Source: Alphaproteobacteria bacterium
GTDB lineage: Bacteria > Pseudomonadota > Alphaproteobacteria > JBFXJJ01
Assembly (NCBI GenBank): GCA_050175015.1
Contig: JBFXJJ010000009.1
Coordinates: 1-64,000 of the forward strand
DNA length: 64,000 nucleotides
Reading direction: 5' to 3'
Shown here: piece after piece, positions 19,429 to 29,526 of the stretch
Layout: the number at the start of each line of letters is the position of its first letter
How positions within the stretch are numbered: position 1 is the stretch's first letter
The notes under the pieces: generated by a model
Databases searched by the model: none
What the model was told of the DNA's origin: nothing
Seen by the model: the letters and a program-made list of their open reading frames with translations, nothing else
Program-made: the position numbers and the translations under genes

Positions 19429-22365
19429 ATGAGGTTAGCTAAAACCAAAATTGTAATTGCTGTTTTGATTTTAGGTGCGTTTTTGATAATGGCTTCAGGA
19501 CGTATGCTTTGGGCTAAAGATGCGTCTGAAACAAACAAAAGTGAAAAATTAAATGATTTTTCGGTTTTTCAGGGCAATAGTTCCAAGGGATTTTTTGCGT
19601 CTAAAATAATGCCAATTCTTAGCTTGAGTAAGAAAATTAAGCCTTTTCCTTATAATTCTGCGGATAATTTAACTGAAGGCGAAGATAATATTGTTCCTAG
19701 GACGAAACCTGTTGTTGCGGTTGAGGTTAATAATCTTGAAGACAATAACAAGAAAACTGAAAAAGCAGGTTTAGTTAAGGGTGATTTTTTAAATGAAGCA
19801 AACCAAGACAGTAGTCTAATTACATTATCTCCGCTTGATTTTGTCTTAGTTGATAATGATACTTTAGATATGTCTCTTGTTGATAAAGATGCGATTAAAA
19901 AAGAAAACGCTGAAAATAATGATAGTAGCGGGGCATCAAAAATAGTTTCTGAAGAAAATCTTGCCTCAACGTCTTCTCCAGAAAGATTGAGTTATCCTTT
20001 GCCGCCACCTTTACCGCCTCGTTCATTCTCTGATGCTGGCAATTATTCTAAATTGCCGTTGCCTCCGCATCTTCCGCCAAGCCGGCAGCAAGAAATTGCT
20101 TTAAAGGCAATAGAAAATAACAAATCACAAACCACAAACAGCGTCCTTAATAGTCAGGGCGCTAAAGTTGCAAATGCAGAATTGGAGGAATTGAAACCTT
20201 TAATTCCAGCTGAATTTGCTGCAGATAATTCAAACATTAATAAGTTTAAGAAGAATAGCGGGCAAAGTGCAGATGAAGCCCTTTTGGCAGAAAAAAGAAC
20301 CTTTATCCCTATTAATACTAAGCGTTCTCAAAAAGAAACAAATGTTTCTGCTAACTTAAAAAAGTTTACGGCTTCGGTTGATGACGCTAATCAAAGAAAT
20401 GAAGACAAAAGCACAGTCATTGCTAGTAGTAATGATGACTTAGACAAGGGTTCTTTGCAAACAGTTGAAGGAACATATCTTCAGCCGAAGAAACCCATTG
20501 GCGAAACTTGGCAGCCATATAATTTAGATAATCAAAATGAGGCTACGTCTACATGGGGAGAAGCTCGAATTTCTTCTCAAGAAGCTGACAATAAGGAAGA
20601 AGAATTAAAAGCTGAGCGACAAGCAAAAGCAGATATTGTCGTCCAAAAAACCCAGAATTATGAGGAAGAAGCAAAAGAAATAGCCGCATCTAATAATAAA
20701 ATGCTTGAACAAAACAAAAATGGCACTGGCATCAAAGAAGAGGTATTAGCTTCTAATCAAGATATTAGAAATAGTGAGAAATCTAGGTATGGTTTAAAAA
20801 CTTGGGAAAATCGTTCAGGATTAGATGAGCATAATTGGCAGCCTGTAAAGCCATATGATTTGAATGAAGACAAAACCGAGGAACCAGATTTTCAATTTGG
20901 CAGCAAAGATGGCAAGGTTGCTGTGGCGCCTGACAATAGCATATACGGCGAAAGATTAAGACCCGTTAACAGAGATGAAAACACGAACCTAAATAACAAA
21001 TATCAAGCATATAACAATCAAATAGATAACAAACCTAAACAGTTTGCAGCAAATGTCGTTAAGCTTGGTAACAATTCTGTGAATAATGATAAACAAATAA
21101 AAAAGACATCTAATTCTAATGCGTTTATCTCCGTTTTTCCCAATCAAAATGCGGCTTGCGATTTATGCGATGAGTATCAAGATTTAGACAGTGATGCGAT
21201 TATAACGGCTAAGGCAATTCCTGTGTTTAAAGAAAAAGATATTGTCTCCAGAGAGATTTTGGAACCAACCTATAACAGTGGAAAAGAATTAGTACAAACA
21301 GCATCAAAGCAAAAAATGTCTTATGATGAAAACAAAAAACAGGTTTTAGAGGTTGCGGGGAATTATGCCGATGGAGCTTCTATGGTTGACTATGATAGGC
21401 AGACATCTTACTTGGTCACAGATAATAACCAAGATAATGCAAAAACTGAGATTGCAGCAGAGTTAGACAATCATAATGCTTCAGAAGTAGATATGAGCAG
21501 TGTTAACTTAGATAATGAAGAAAAAGATATTGCTTTATCAGAGAAAATGGAAGAAGACGCAACGTATTTGAATAAAAGAGCCGAAATTAATGAGAGTATA
21601 AATAAATATCGTGAAGATGGCAGTGAAACTCATTTTGCTAATGCGGGAGATGCTGCGGCTACAACGGCAAAAAAACAACCGCTTTTGAAACCTATTGAAG
21701 ACGATATGCCGTCTTTTGCTCCTGATGGCAAGGGCAATATTGGTAAAGTTGATGCCCCAGTTCCAGTTAAAGCTGATAATTATGGTGGCAGTGCAGCAGA
21801 AAGTGGTTCTGATGAAATCGCATCAACATCTTTTATGGATAAACTTTCAGCGTTATTTGGAGGGGCAGATACAGGAGCTGCTCAGAATTCAGAAAAAGGG
21901 ACATTAGAACAAGCAAGCGCTATGGCTGGTGGGCAAAGATATGATAGGGCTAATGATTTGCTGGATCAAATAGATAGGCCTAAATCAAATATCTCAAAAA
22001 TAAGCAATGAAGAAGAAGAGGCTAACCAAAAAGTAATTCCATCTGAACTAAGATTGTTTTTTGATCCTGGAAAATCAGAAATGTCTGGAAATACGCTTGT
22101 TTGGCTAGATAAATTTGCAGAGAAAGCTGCGATTGACCGCTCACAGTTAATTGAGGTTAGAATGGCAATTGATTATACTGGAAATCTTCAAGCTCGAAGA
22201 TTTGCATTGCTTCAAAGTACCTTTGTTGCCAAAGGAGTTAAAGCTAATCAGGTGGTTCCGATTTTTTCATCAAGACCTTCTGATAGTATTGTTTTAAGAA
22301 TGACAAAAGACCAAACTAAACGTATGACAGAAAAATTAGAAGATAAGGGATATATTAACTGGTAA
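19429..22365 (+). CDS. Large secreted low-complexity protein with C-terminal OmpA-like domain
   Basis: N-terminal hydrophobic signal; N/E/K-rich linker; C-terminal LFFDPGKSEM...LDKFAE...ARRFALLQSTFVAKGV. Confidence 0.65.
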   Translation: MRLAKTKIVIAVLILGAFLIMASGRMLWAKDASETNKSEKLNDFSVFQGNSSKGFFASKIMPILSLSKKIKPFPYNSADNLTEGEDNIVPRTKPVVAVEVNNLEDNNKKTEKAGLVKGDFLNEANQDSSLITLSPLDFVLVDNDTLDMSLVDKDAIKKENAENNDSSGASKIVSEENLASTSSPERLSYPLPPPLPPRSFSDAGNYSKLPLPPHLPPSRQQEIALKAIENNKSQTTNSVLNSQGAKVANAELEELKPLIPAEFAADNSNINKFKKNSGQSADEALLAEKRTFIPINTKRSQKETNVSANLKKFTASVDDANQRNEDKSTVIASSNDDLDKGSLQTVEGTYLQPKKPIGETWQPYNLDNQNEATSTWGEARISSQEADNKEEELKAERQAKADIVVQKTQNYEEEAKEIAASNNKMLEQNKNGTGIKEEVLASNQDIRNSEKSRYGLKTWENRSGLDEHNWQPVKPYDLNEDKTEEPDFQFGSKDGKVAVAPDNSIYGERLRPVNRDENTNLNNKYQAYNNQIDNKPKQFAANVVKLGNNSVNNDKQIKKTSNSNAFISVFPNQNAACDLCDEYQDLDSDAIITAKAIPVFKEKDIVSREILEPTYNSGKELVQTASKQKMSYDENKKQVLEVAGNYADGASMVDYDRQTSYLVTDNNQDNAKTEIAAELDNHNASEVDMSSVNLDNEEKDIALSEKMEEDATYLNKRAEINESINKYREDGSETHFANAGDAAATTAKKQPLLKPIEDDMPSFAPDGKGNIGKVDAPVPVKADNYGGSAAESGSDEIASTSFMDKLSALFGGADTGAAQNSEKGTLEQASAMAGGQRYDRANDLLDQIDRPKSNISKISNEEEEANQKVIPSELRLFFDPGKSEMSGNTLVWLDKFAEKAAIDRSQLIEVRMAIDYTGNLQARRFALLQSTFVAKGVKANQVVPIFSSRPSDSIVLRMTKDQTKRMTEKLEDKGYINW

Positions 22366-22623
22366 TAAAAATATTGTTGACAACTATACTGTTTTGTGGG
22401 TCAACCATAGAACTTTAAGGCTTTTAAGCAATAATAACGAGTCGCAAAAGAATTATGACAAAATTTTTTTTTCGATTCTATTATAGTAAATATTGCTCTT
22501 TTGAAAAAACTCTGTTACAAGATTTAGTATTATAATAATATTATTATGACTTTATATAGAGAAATCTAAAAAACATATAAAAATCAATATGATAGATTTT
22601 TCTGATTGGGAGAAGCAAGAACA

Positions 22624-23283
22624 ATGTTGTTATCGACAGCCAAAAAACAACTCTTAAAATGTAGGACATTTGCCGTCTTATTTTTGCTATTTTTGACAGC
22701 GTCTTGTGCTGGGCCTTTAGGTTGGCCGTGGCAAAATGTTTCATCTTATCAGGTGCCAGATTACACACAGTCTCCAATGGCAAATGTTGTGCCACAAGGC
22801 GAATTAGGGGAAAGAGCCCCTGCTGATCATTTGGTTTCGGACAACGATGTTGGGGCTACTTATGGCTCTTCTCTGCCTCCAGGTTATCCACAGCCTATGA
22901 ATGGATATTTGCCTGATCAGGTTTTTGGTGAAGAAAGCCTAAATGGTGATCAGATGGCGGCCCTTGGCTATCAAGAAAATCCTCAAAATGGTGATGCTGT
23001 AGAGGATTTTGCTGATCCTGTCGAAGATTGGCTAGTACAGGAAGGGGCAACCTTGAAGCAGCTTCTTAGTGATTGGAGTGATCGTTCGGGGTGGCGTTTG
23101 GTTTGGAAGTCAAAAAGAGATTTTAAAATAGAAGCAGGTGCTATGCTTCGTGGTCGTTATGTCGATGTTGCATCGGCTGTAATCAGAAATATGGCTAGGG
23201 CTCGCCCAGCGCCAATGGCAACGTTTTTTAGAGGAAACAGGGTGTTGTTAATTGAAACACTGGAGGACGAAAATGCGTATTAA
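22624..23283 (+). CDS. TcpQ-domain lipoprotein (PilL/TcpQ-like type IVb pilus protein)
   Basis: Lipobox LTASC; WLVQEGATLKQLLSDWSDRSGWRLVW is the TcpQ pattern. Confidence 0.8.
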   Translation: MLLSTAKKQLLKCRTFAVLFLLFLTASCAGPLGWPWQNVSSYQVPDYTQSPMANVVPQGELGERAPADHLVSDNDVGATYGSSLPPGYPQPMNGYLPDQVFGEESLNGDQMAALGYQENPQNGDAVEDFADPVEDWLVQEGATLKQLLSDWSDRSGWRLVWKSKRDFKIEAGAMLRGRYVDVASAVIRNMARARPAPMATFFRGNRVLLIETLEDENAY

Positions 23284-24907
23284 ATTTTTTTTGAAGCCGA
23301 TTATTTTTGCATTATTCGTTGCTGCTTTTCCTTTGTTCTTTCTTTCAAGCTGTGCTGATATTTCCGATGCAGAGGCTACTGTTGCCCGCGATACCGATAT
23401 TATTACTGCAGCTTTAGATAAAAGCTCACTTCCAACAAAACCAAAAGATTTGGATTTTATTAAAATCAGAGATGATATTTGGCTTGGAGATACTAGTGTT
23501 CGTCACCAAGCTAGCGGTTTGCTTCCGTCTCAGTTCGAAAGATCTGATGGAATTACCCTTGTGAGCAATAAAGCTGTTGGTTTTTCAGAAATTCTTAAAA
23601 AAATTGGAGATTTAACAAAGCTTCCAATTAGGTATAGTGAAGAAGTTACAACGCTTTTAAATAGCGGTTCAACCTCATCAACATCAACGACGACTTCAAC
23701 CTCAGGTTCTGCAACCTCTGGTATTCCAGAAGATGGTCCGGGAACTATGATTTTGTCTTATAACGGTCCTTTAAGTAAATTGCTTGATCAGGTTGCTGTT
23801 AAATTTGGTGTCTGGTGGCGTTATGAATATGATGAAATTTACTTTTATACGATGGAAACTAAAACGTTTACTTTGTATTCACTGCCTTCCAGCCACAGTG
23901 TAAGTTCAAATCTTTCCAGTTCTAATGGATCTGGTGGTGCTTCTATTGATCAGTCTTTGGAAATATCTCTTAAATCTTGGGATACTGTTAAAGAAACTTT
24001 GACTAGTATGCTTAAATCCGATGGCAAGCTCGTAGTAGATCAAACGTCAGGTACAATAACGGTTACTACAACTCCTAATAATATGAGAGAGATAACAAGA
24101 TTTATTAATGAGCAAAACGAAAGATTATCAAGACAAGTTGCAATTAATATTAAATTGCTACAAGTTGATCTTGAAAGCACATCAAAATTTGGTTTGGATT
24201 TAACGGCTGCTTTTGCTTGGCCATCAGCTACTGGTTTAACCAGTACTTTAGATGGTCCGTATTCTGCTACTGATTCTACTACAGGTGTCACAATGGCTGT
24301 TGTTGGTGCTACAGGAAAGCATTGGGAGCATTGGAATGGTTCGACGGCTATTATGGACGCTTTAGCAAAACAAGGCGATGTTTCTTTGCTTACAACGTCT
24401 ACTGTTACAACTCTCAATAATAAACCAGCACCTATTCAGGTTTCTAAAACACAGAGCTATGTAAGAAGTATAACTTCAACAATTCGAGATAGTGGTTCAT
24501 CTAAAGACGTTTCTATTGAGCCTGCTGATATGGAACTTGGTTTAACGATAGATGTTCTTCCTAGAATTTTAGATCACGGCAGGGTGCTTTTAATGTTTTC
24601 TATGAACTTGATTGAGCTTTTAAACCTTGATAAATTTGAATCTTCTGATTCTGTGGTTCAGCTTCCAACGATTGAGACCCGTGGTTTCTCTCAAGAAATA
24701 GCGATGCGTTCAGGTTCTACTTTAGTGTTAACTGGTTTTGAAAAGATTCAAAACAAGTTTGATAAAACAGGTATGGGGCAACCAGACTTTCAGCTTTTAG
24801 GTGGGCTTAACAGTTCAGAAAAAACACGAAACGTTTTGGTTATTTTGATAACCCCTGAAGTTCTTGATTCTCCGCTTTCTCCTGAATCTAGAATATCTGG
24901 TTTTTAA
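23273..24907 (+). CDS. pilN: Type IVb pilus outer-membrane secretin lipoprotein (PilN/BfpB family)
   Basis: GGAGG-ATG, lipobox LSSC, Ser-rich N-region, YNGPLSKLLDQVA, TLNNKPAP, SGSTLVLTGFE, VILITP. Confidence 0.88.
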   Translation: MRIKFFLKPIIFALFVAAFPLFFLSSCADISDAEATVARDTDIITAALDKSSLPTKPKDLDFIKIRDDIWLGDTSVRHQASGLLPSQFERSDGITLVSNKAVGFSEILKKIGDLTKLPIRYSEEVTTLLNSGSTSSTSTTTSTSGSATSGIPEDGPGTMILSYNGPLSKLLDQVAVKFGVWWRYEYDEIYFYTMETKTFTLYSLPSSHSVSSNLSSSNGSGGASIDQSLEISLKSWDTVKETLTSMLKSDGKLVVDQTSGTITVTTTPNNMREITRFINEQNERLSRQVAINIKLLQVDLESTSKFGLDLTAAFAWPSATGLTSTLDGPYSATDSTTGVTMAVVGATGKHWEHWNGSTAIMDALAKQGDVSLLTTSTVTTLNNKPAPIQVSKTQSYVRSITSTIRDSGSSKDVSIEPADMELGLTIDVLPRILDHGRVLLMFSMNLIELLNLDKFESSDSVVQLPTIETRGFSQEIAMRSGSTLVLTGFEKIQNKFDKTGMGQPDFQLLGGLNSSEKTRNVLVILITPEVLDSPLSPESRISGF

Positions 24908-24927
24908 CAGATAGAGGTGTTTAGGCT

Positions 24928-26259
24928 TTGGTTGAAGATTCTACAGAAACAGGACAAGATGTAGCAGATAATGAAAATCCGCCTTGGGGAGCGACGATTA
25001 CTCTTGGCGAAACGGTTTATGCTGCTAGTTTGTTCTGGCAGCCTTTGCAAGATCCATCAGACCCTCTCCCTGAAATTAATGAAACAGCAGAAGGTGTTTT
25101 CTTAAAACCTGCAGATGTTTATTGTGTAAGAACAGGAAACACCCCTCAATATGGTCTTGGTGTTAACGAGGAAGGACATAAATCTGGTCAGGTTTCTGCT
25201 GCTATTGCTTTAGCAGAGGCGTTTTCTGAATTTTCATCTTTTGTTTCTGTTTTTAAGGTAAAAGAAGGCTGGTGGTTTTTAGCTGTTCGTAATGATCTTA
25301 TTCTTTCTGAAGAAGATGTTCTCTATTTAAACGAAGATGATGCGCAAAGAGCATTCTTTTCTATGATGGCAGTTCCTGACTGGGGACGTAAAATAGCTCC
25401 CGCAAGTTGGGGCGTTGATGGCACAATAGAAATGGATTTGGAAGCTGTTTTAGCTAACAGCCGGCAAGTCAAGCTGCGCAATTTAAGAGGCATAAAAGAG
25501 AAAAAAGCTTTAATTATTATTGGTGCAGGAGCTTTACTCGCTCTTTGGATTTTAGTGAAAGTTTTTGGCTCGTTATTTGGAGGCAATAGCAACCGTATCA
25601 TTGCTGTAGCACCGCCGTCTAAAGTAAAAAAAGAAGTGCAGGTTAAAGAAACAATCTTTCAAAAAGAAGAGGTAAAAAAACCTTGGGAAGATTTGGCTGT
25701 ACCTGATGATGTTTTGAAGTATTGCTTAGAAACAATCAACCAGTTGAAGCAGGTTACTATTCCAGGTTGGGGTGTAAATGAATTTGCATGCAATCCTGTT
25801 GGTGTTTCTGCTTCATGGAAGAGAGAATGGGGCAGGATAGAATGGCTTAATAGGTCATTTGATGAAAATAATATAAGGTTTGCAAATAGGGTTCTTTCTC
25901 CTGATGGCAATAGTTTTTTTGGTGTTATGCTCCTAACAAATGTAAGGTTTGCACAATCAACACCGAATTTATCTAAAACTGAAATTGTCAATGAGCTAAA
26001 TGAGTTTTTCCATAGCGTTAATGTGCCAGTTACGGTAACAGAAACTAAGATTGACAGAAAAGAAGCAAAAAAAGGCTTTTCACTTAAAACAGAAGAAAGT
26101 ATTGTTAGTATTAAATTTAGCTTTAATTCACAATATGATCCTTTAATGTGGTCTCGTGTCTTGACGATGTTTCAAGGTCTTGAGATTATTACTATAAGGT
26201 ACACTCCTAGCACCAACACTTGGGTTTATGAAGGACAAATCTATGAACGGGCATCTTAA
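24928..26259 (+). CDS. Type IVb pilus accessory protein (PilO2-like)
   Basis: YAASLFWQP, SAAIALA, GWWFLAVRNDLIL..D, one TM helix, KPW...C...PGW...C; located after the secretin. Confidence 0.75.
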   Translation: MVEDSTETGQDVADNENPPWGATITLGETVYAASLFWQPLQDPSDPLPEINETAEGVFLKPADVYCVRTGNTPQYGLGVNEEGHKSGQVSAAIALAEAFSEFSSFVSVFKVKEGWWFLAVRNDLILSEEDVLYLNEDDAQRAFFSMMAVPDWGRKIAPASWGVDGTIEMDLEAVLANSRQVKLRNLRGIKEKKALIIIGAGALLALWILVKVFGSLFGGNSNRIIAVAPPSKVKKEVQVKETIFQKEEVKKPWEDLAVPDDVLKYCLETINQLKQVTIPGWGVNEFACNPVGVSASWKREWGRIEWLNRSFDENNIRFANRVLSPDGNSFFGVMLLTNVRFAQSTPNLSKTEIVNELNEFFHSVNVPVTVTETKIDRKEAKKGFSLKTEESIVSIKFSFNSQYDPLMWSRVLTMFQGLEIITIRYTPSTNTWVYEGQIYERAS

Positions 26260-27679
26260 TAAATATTTCTTTATAATGTTAGTTTTACTAACTTTTTCTC
26301 TGATGGCGGTACAAAACAAATCGATATCACAAGATTTGTTTGATGACTCGTTTTTAGGAAGTGCAGTTACAGATAAAACAACACCTAAGATTGGTTCAGA
26401 AAAAACTTCTGAGGCTGACAGTGAAAATGCGGCGAGTAAAGCTGTAGAAAAAATTAATAATAAAGCGGTTGAAGCTAAAGAAAAAACAGCAATTAAAATA
26501 CCTTCTATTATTAAGAACTCTGAGAAAAAAGATGATGCTAAGAAGAATACAAATGGAAAAGATCCTTTAGTAAATTTGAATGCCGAGAAAAAAACCTATA
26601 AAACAGTATCAGATTTAGCGTCTTCTAATCTAAAAAAGGATTTGCTGGCACAAATAGCAAAACCTAGTGTTGATATTTTAGGGATAACTCCATCTGAAAT
26701 CTTTAGGCAGATGGCTGATTTAGAAAGAGAAAATGCCCTTTTAAATTTAGAAATACAAAGACAGAAACTTCAAACTACGATTGAAGAAATTGAAAGAGGA
26801 AGAAGAGCTGCGGAAGAAGAAGAAAATGCTGCTCAAAAAGAAGCTGAGCTTAAAGAACAAGAACTTCAGCTTCAAAAAGAGCGTGATGATCAAGAATTTT
26901 TGTTAAAACAGCAAGAACTTGAGAATGAACAAAAGAAAATCTTCTTAGCTGATGAAAAAGATAAATATATTGCAACGCTAAAGAAGAGCTTGGAAGATCA
27001 AAGACGTGTTCTTATGGAAAGAATAAACGATCTTGAAAAGCAAAATACCGATGAAAAGAAAATAAAAGAGGCCTTTATTAAGCAGACTGGCGAGACTATA
27101 AAAGCCCTTTCTCAGATTGCTGAAAAGAAAATTGTTGATGTTGAAACTGTTGCTAAAATGTCTTGTCCTGTATGTAAGGTTTGCGAGGTATGTCCTGTTT
27201 GTGAGGAATGCCCAGATGTCGAAGAGATCTTGGAGCAGCATAAAGAAGAATTTAAATGCAAAAGTTCTGGTGGCAGTGGTGAAAACGGTGAAAATAGAGC
27301 TGCAGATCTTTATTCTATAGTTGAAATCAAAGGTCAGAATGATGACTTGATAGTAAGGTTAGCTACAGCGGAAGGTTTGAACTTCTTTGTTAAGAAAGGC
27401 ACCGTTCTTAACAGTGGTCATATTGTAAAAGATATAAAGAAAAACCAAATTGTTTTAGAAAAGGACGGTCAAGAAGAAATTATAGCTTTCCCTGTTGGTG
27501 GAATAATGGCAGTAGAGCCGGCATCAAAAGTTGAAGATGAAGACGTTGACTCTGAGACAACAGAAGACCTTGCTCCTGCTAAAACGGAAGAGAAACCTTC
27601 AGGAAGGCCAACAAAGAAAGCTAAAAATCCTAATGATACCAATGTTAATGTTAGAGCGCCGTTTACTATGAAAAAATAG
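26243..27679 (+). CDS. Extended PilP-like protein with coiled coil and Cys-rich repeat
   Basis: Signal peptide, long coiled coil, CPVCKVCEVCPVCEECP, C-terminal IVEIKG...VKKGTVL.SG..VKDI beta domain; sits between pilO and pilQ. Confidence 0.6.
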   Translation: MNGHLNKYFFIMLVLLTFSLMAVQNKSISQDLFDDSFLGSAVTDKTTPKIGSEKTSEADSENAASKAVEKINNKAVEAKEKTAIKIPSIIKNSEKKDDAKKNTNGKDPLVNLNAEKKTYKTVSDLASSNLKKDLLAQIAKPSVDILGITPSEIFRQMADLERENALLNLEIQRQKLQTTIEEIERGRRAAEEEENAAQKEAELKEQELQLQKERDDQEFLLKQQELENEQKKIFLADEKDKYIATLKKSLEDQRRVLMERINDLEKQNTDEKKIKEAFIKQTGETIKALSQIAEKKIVDVETVAKMSCPVCKVCEVCPVCEECPDVEEILEQHKEEFKCKSSGGSGENGENRAADLYSIVEIKGQNDDLIVRLATAEGLNFFVKKGTVLNSGHIVKDIKKNQIVLEKDGQEEIIAFPVGGIMAVEPASKVEDEDVDSETTEDLAPAKTEEKPSGRPTKKAKNPNDTNVNVRAPFTMKK

Positions 27680-27712
27680 TTTTTTACAAATTTATTTTTA
27701 AAGAAGTAAAAA

Positions 27713-29461
27713 ATGCCAAAAATAAGAAAAAGATTTGATGCCCCAGATGGTACAGAACCAAGCAGTTCTGGTGGAGGTGTCGGTCTATCTGATTTAGCCA
27801 ACCAAGCGGCTTCTGGCGGAGAAGGGCAACCAGGTCAACCTTCTTCTGAAGATACGGCAATTAAAGCTTTAGAAGGTTCTGATGTTCAAGGTCAAGTAGC
27901 AGAATTTTTTGCAGATGGTAATGAGCTTATAACAGCGGTTGAGGGCTCCCTTAATTTAAAAGAAGACACAAGAAGTTTATTAGCGTTATTTTCTAATGGT
28001 CGCTTTTTAGTTTGCGATACACATAAGTTTGACGGCCGTGTTTTAAGCTTTGAAGTTATGGCAAGAAAACGCCGACTTCAAGTTGCTAAGCCAGAATATG
28101 TTCCGATGGCTTTAGTTAAAGCTGTTTATCAATATGCTGCTGATGCTGCTAATAGCAAAATACAAATAGGTGTAAGTAATGGCGAAGATGATCAGCTGCA
28201 GATGCAGCGAGATTTCGTTACAATTATTTCTCGAGCGGCTAAAATTAAAGTTTCAGATATTCATATCATTGTGGCTGACCATACGCAGGTTATTTTTAGA
28301 ACCAACGGCATTATGCAGACTGAAATGGAGTATAATAAGGATTGGGGAGAATCGTTTGTTAGAGCGGCTTTTGCTTCCGCTGATATTTCTGATGCTAACT
28401 ATAGCCAAAACGAATATCAGGGAGCCCAAAAATTGGGCAGAACACCTCTTAGGGGGTCCAAGGGACGCTTAATGCTTCCTAAAAACGTGCTAGCTATCAG
28501 ACTTCAATTTAACCCGATTGCTTTTGGTTCACAGTATCTTGTTATGCGTATTCTTTATGCCGATGATGACCCTGAGCATGCCGGCGATTTAACCAGTTTG
28601 GGTTATACCGAAGTTGAAGCCGAAATGTTTTTCCGTATGAGGTCAGTGCCTATTGGTCTTTGTATTGTTGCGGGTCCTACGGGATCTGGAAAGTCAACGA
28701 CGCTGCAAAGAAATATGATTAGTCTTTTACAGGAAAGAAACTTTGAGTGTAATCTTTTGACGGTGGAAGATCCCCCTGAATATCCTATTCCTGGTGCAAG
28801 GCAGATGCCTGTTACCAATGCGAATACGGAAGCTCAAAAAGATGAACAGTTTACCAAAGCATTGTCCGCAGCGCTTCGTTCCGACCCTGATATTATTATG
28901 GTGGGAGAAGTCCGAACGCTTTCCGCAGCCCAGCTTTCGTTTAAAGGCGCTCTTTCAGGGCACGGTATGTGGACAACCTTGCACGCTAATAGTGCGCCTG
29001 CGGTTGTGATGCGACTTCGAGATATGGGAGTTGAAACGTTTAAACTTAACGATCCTGAAATTATGAAAGGGCTTATATCTCAGCGTTTGTTCCGAAGGCT
29101 GTGTCCTCATTGCCGCATACCTGCATTAGAGCAGTTAAACCACCCCGCGGTTGAACGTTTAAAGATAGCCTTGGGGGATTTCGGTTTGGAGCAGAGTTTC
29201 TTAAAAGGGCCAGGTTGCAAGCATTGCGATTACCGAGGTATTAAGGGAAGAGTTGTGGTTGGAGAACTGATTATGCCTGATGCAACTTTTTTGGAACTTT
29301 TAGTTTCGAACCAAACGAGAAAGGCAATAGATTACTGGACAGGTGATTTGAATGGCAGAACAATGAAAGATGCTGCTATTGAGCGTATGCTTAGAGGAAA
29401 GTTGGATATTGAAGAGGTCGAACGTTGGTGTGGTCTTTTGGATCAAAAACCTGTGTATTGA
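27713..29461 (+). CDS. pilQ: Type IVb pilus assembly ATPase (PilQ/GspE family)
   Basis: SDIHI, GPTGSGKST, TVEDPPE, LRSDPDIIMVGEVR, GH..WTTLHANSA, CPHC/CKHC zinc motif. Confidence 0.9.
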   Translation: MPKIRKRFDAPDGTEPSSSGGGVGLSDLANQAASGGEGQPGQPSSEDTAIKALEGSDVQGQVAEFFADGNELITAVEGSLNLKEDTRSLLALFSNGRFLVCDTHKFDGRVLSFEVMARKRRLQVAKPEYVPMALVKAVYQYAADAANSKIQIGVSNGEDDQLQMQRDFVTIISRAAKIKVSDIHIIVADHTQVIFRTNGIMQTEMEYNKDWGESFVRAAFASADISDANYSQNEYQGAQKLGRTPLRGSKGRLMLPKNVLAIRLQFNPIAFGSQYLVMRILYADDDPEHAGDLTSLGYTEVEAEMFFRMRSVPIGLCIVAGPTGSGKSTTLQRNMISLLQERNFECNLLTVEDPPEYPIPGARQMPVTNANTEAQKDEQFTKALSAALRSDPDIIMVGEVRTLSAAQLSFKGALSGHGMWTTLHANSAPAVVMRLRDMGVETFKLNDPEIMKGLISQRLFRRLCPHCRIPALEQLNHPAVERLKIALGDFGLEQSFLKGPGCKHCDYRGIKGRVVVGELIMPDATFLELLVSNQTRKAIDYWTGDLNGRTMKDAAIERMLRGKLDIEEVERWCGLLDQKPVY

Positions 29462-29526
29462 TTTTTTATTCATTATAACTTATTAATAATACTTGTGTTG
29501 AAAATAGTTTAAAATAAGAAGAACAG

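Noticed and set aside
22544-22795. Minus-strand 83-aa ORF as a missing prepilin
   Set aside because: It is antisense to the TcpQ gene and lacks a class III (G/xxxxE) signal
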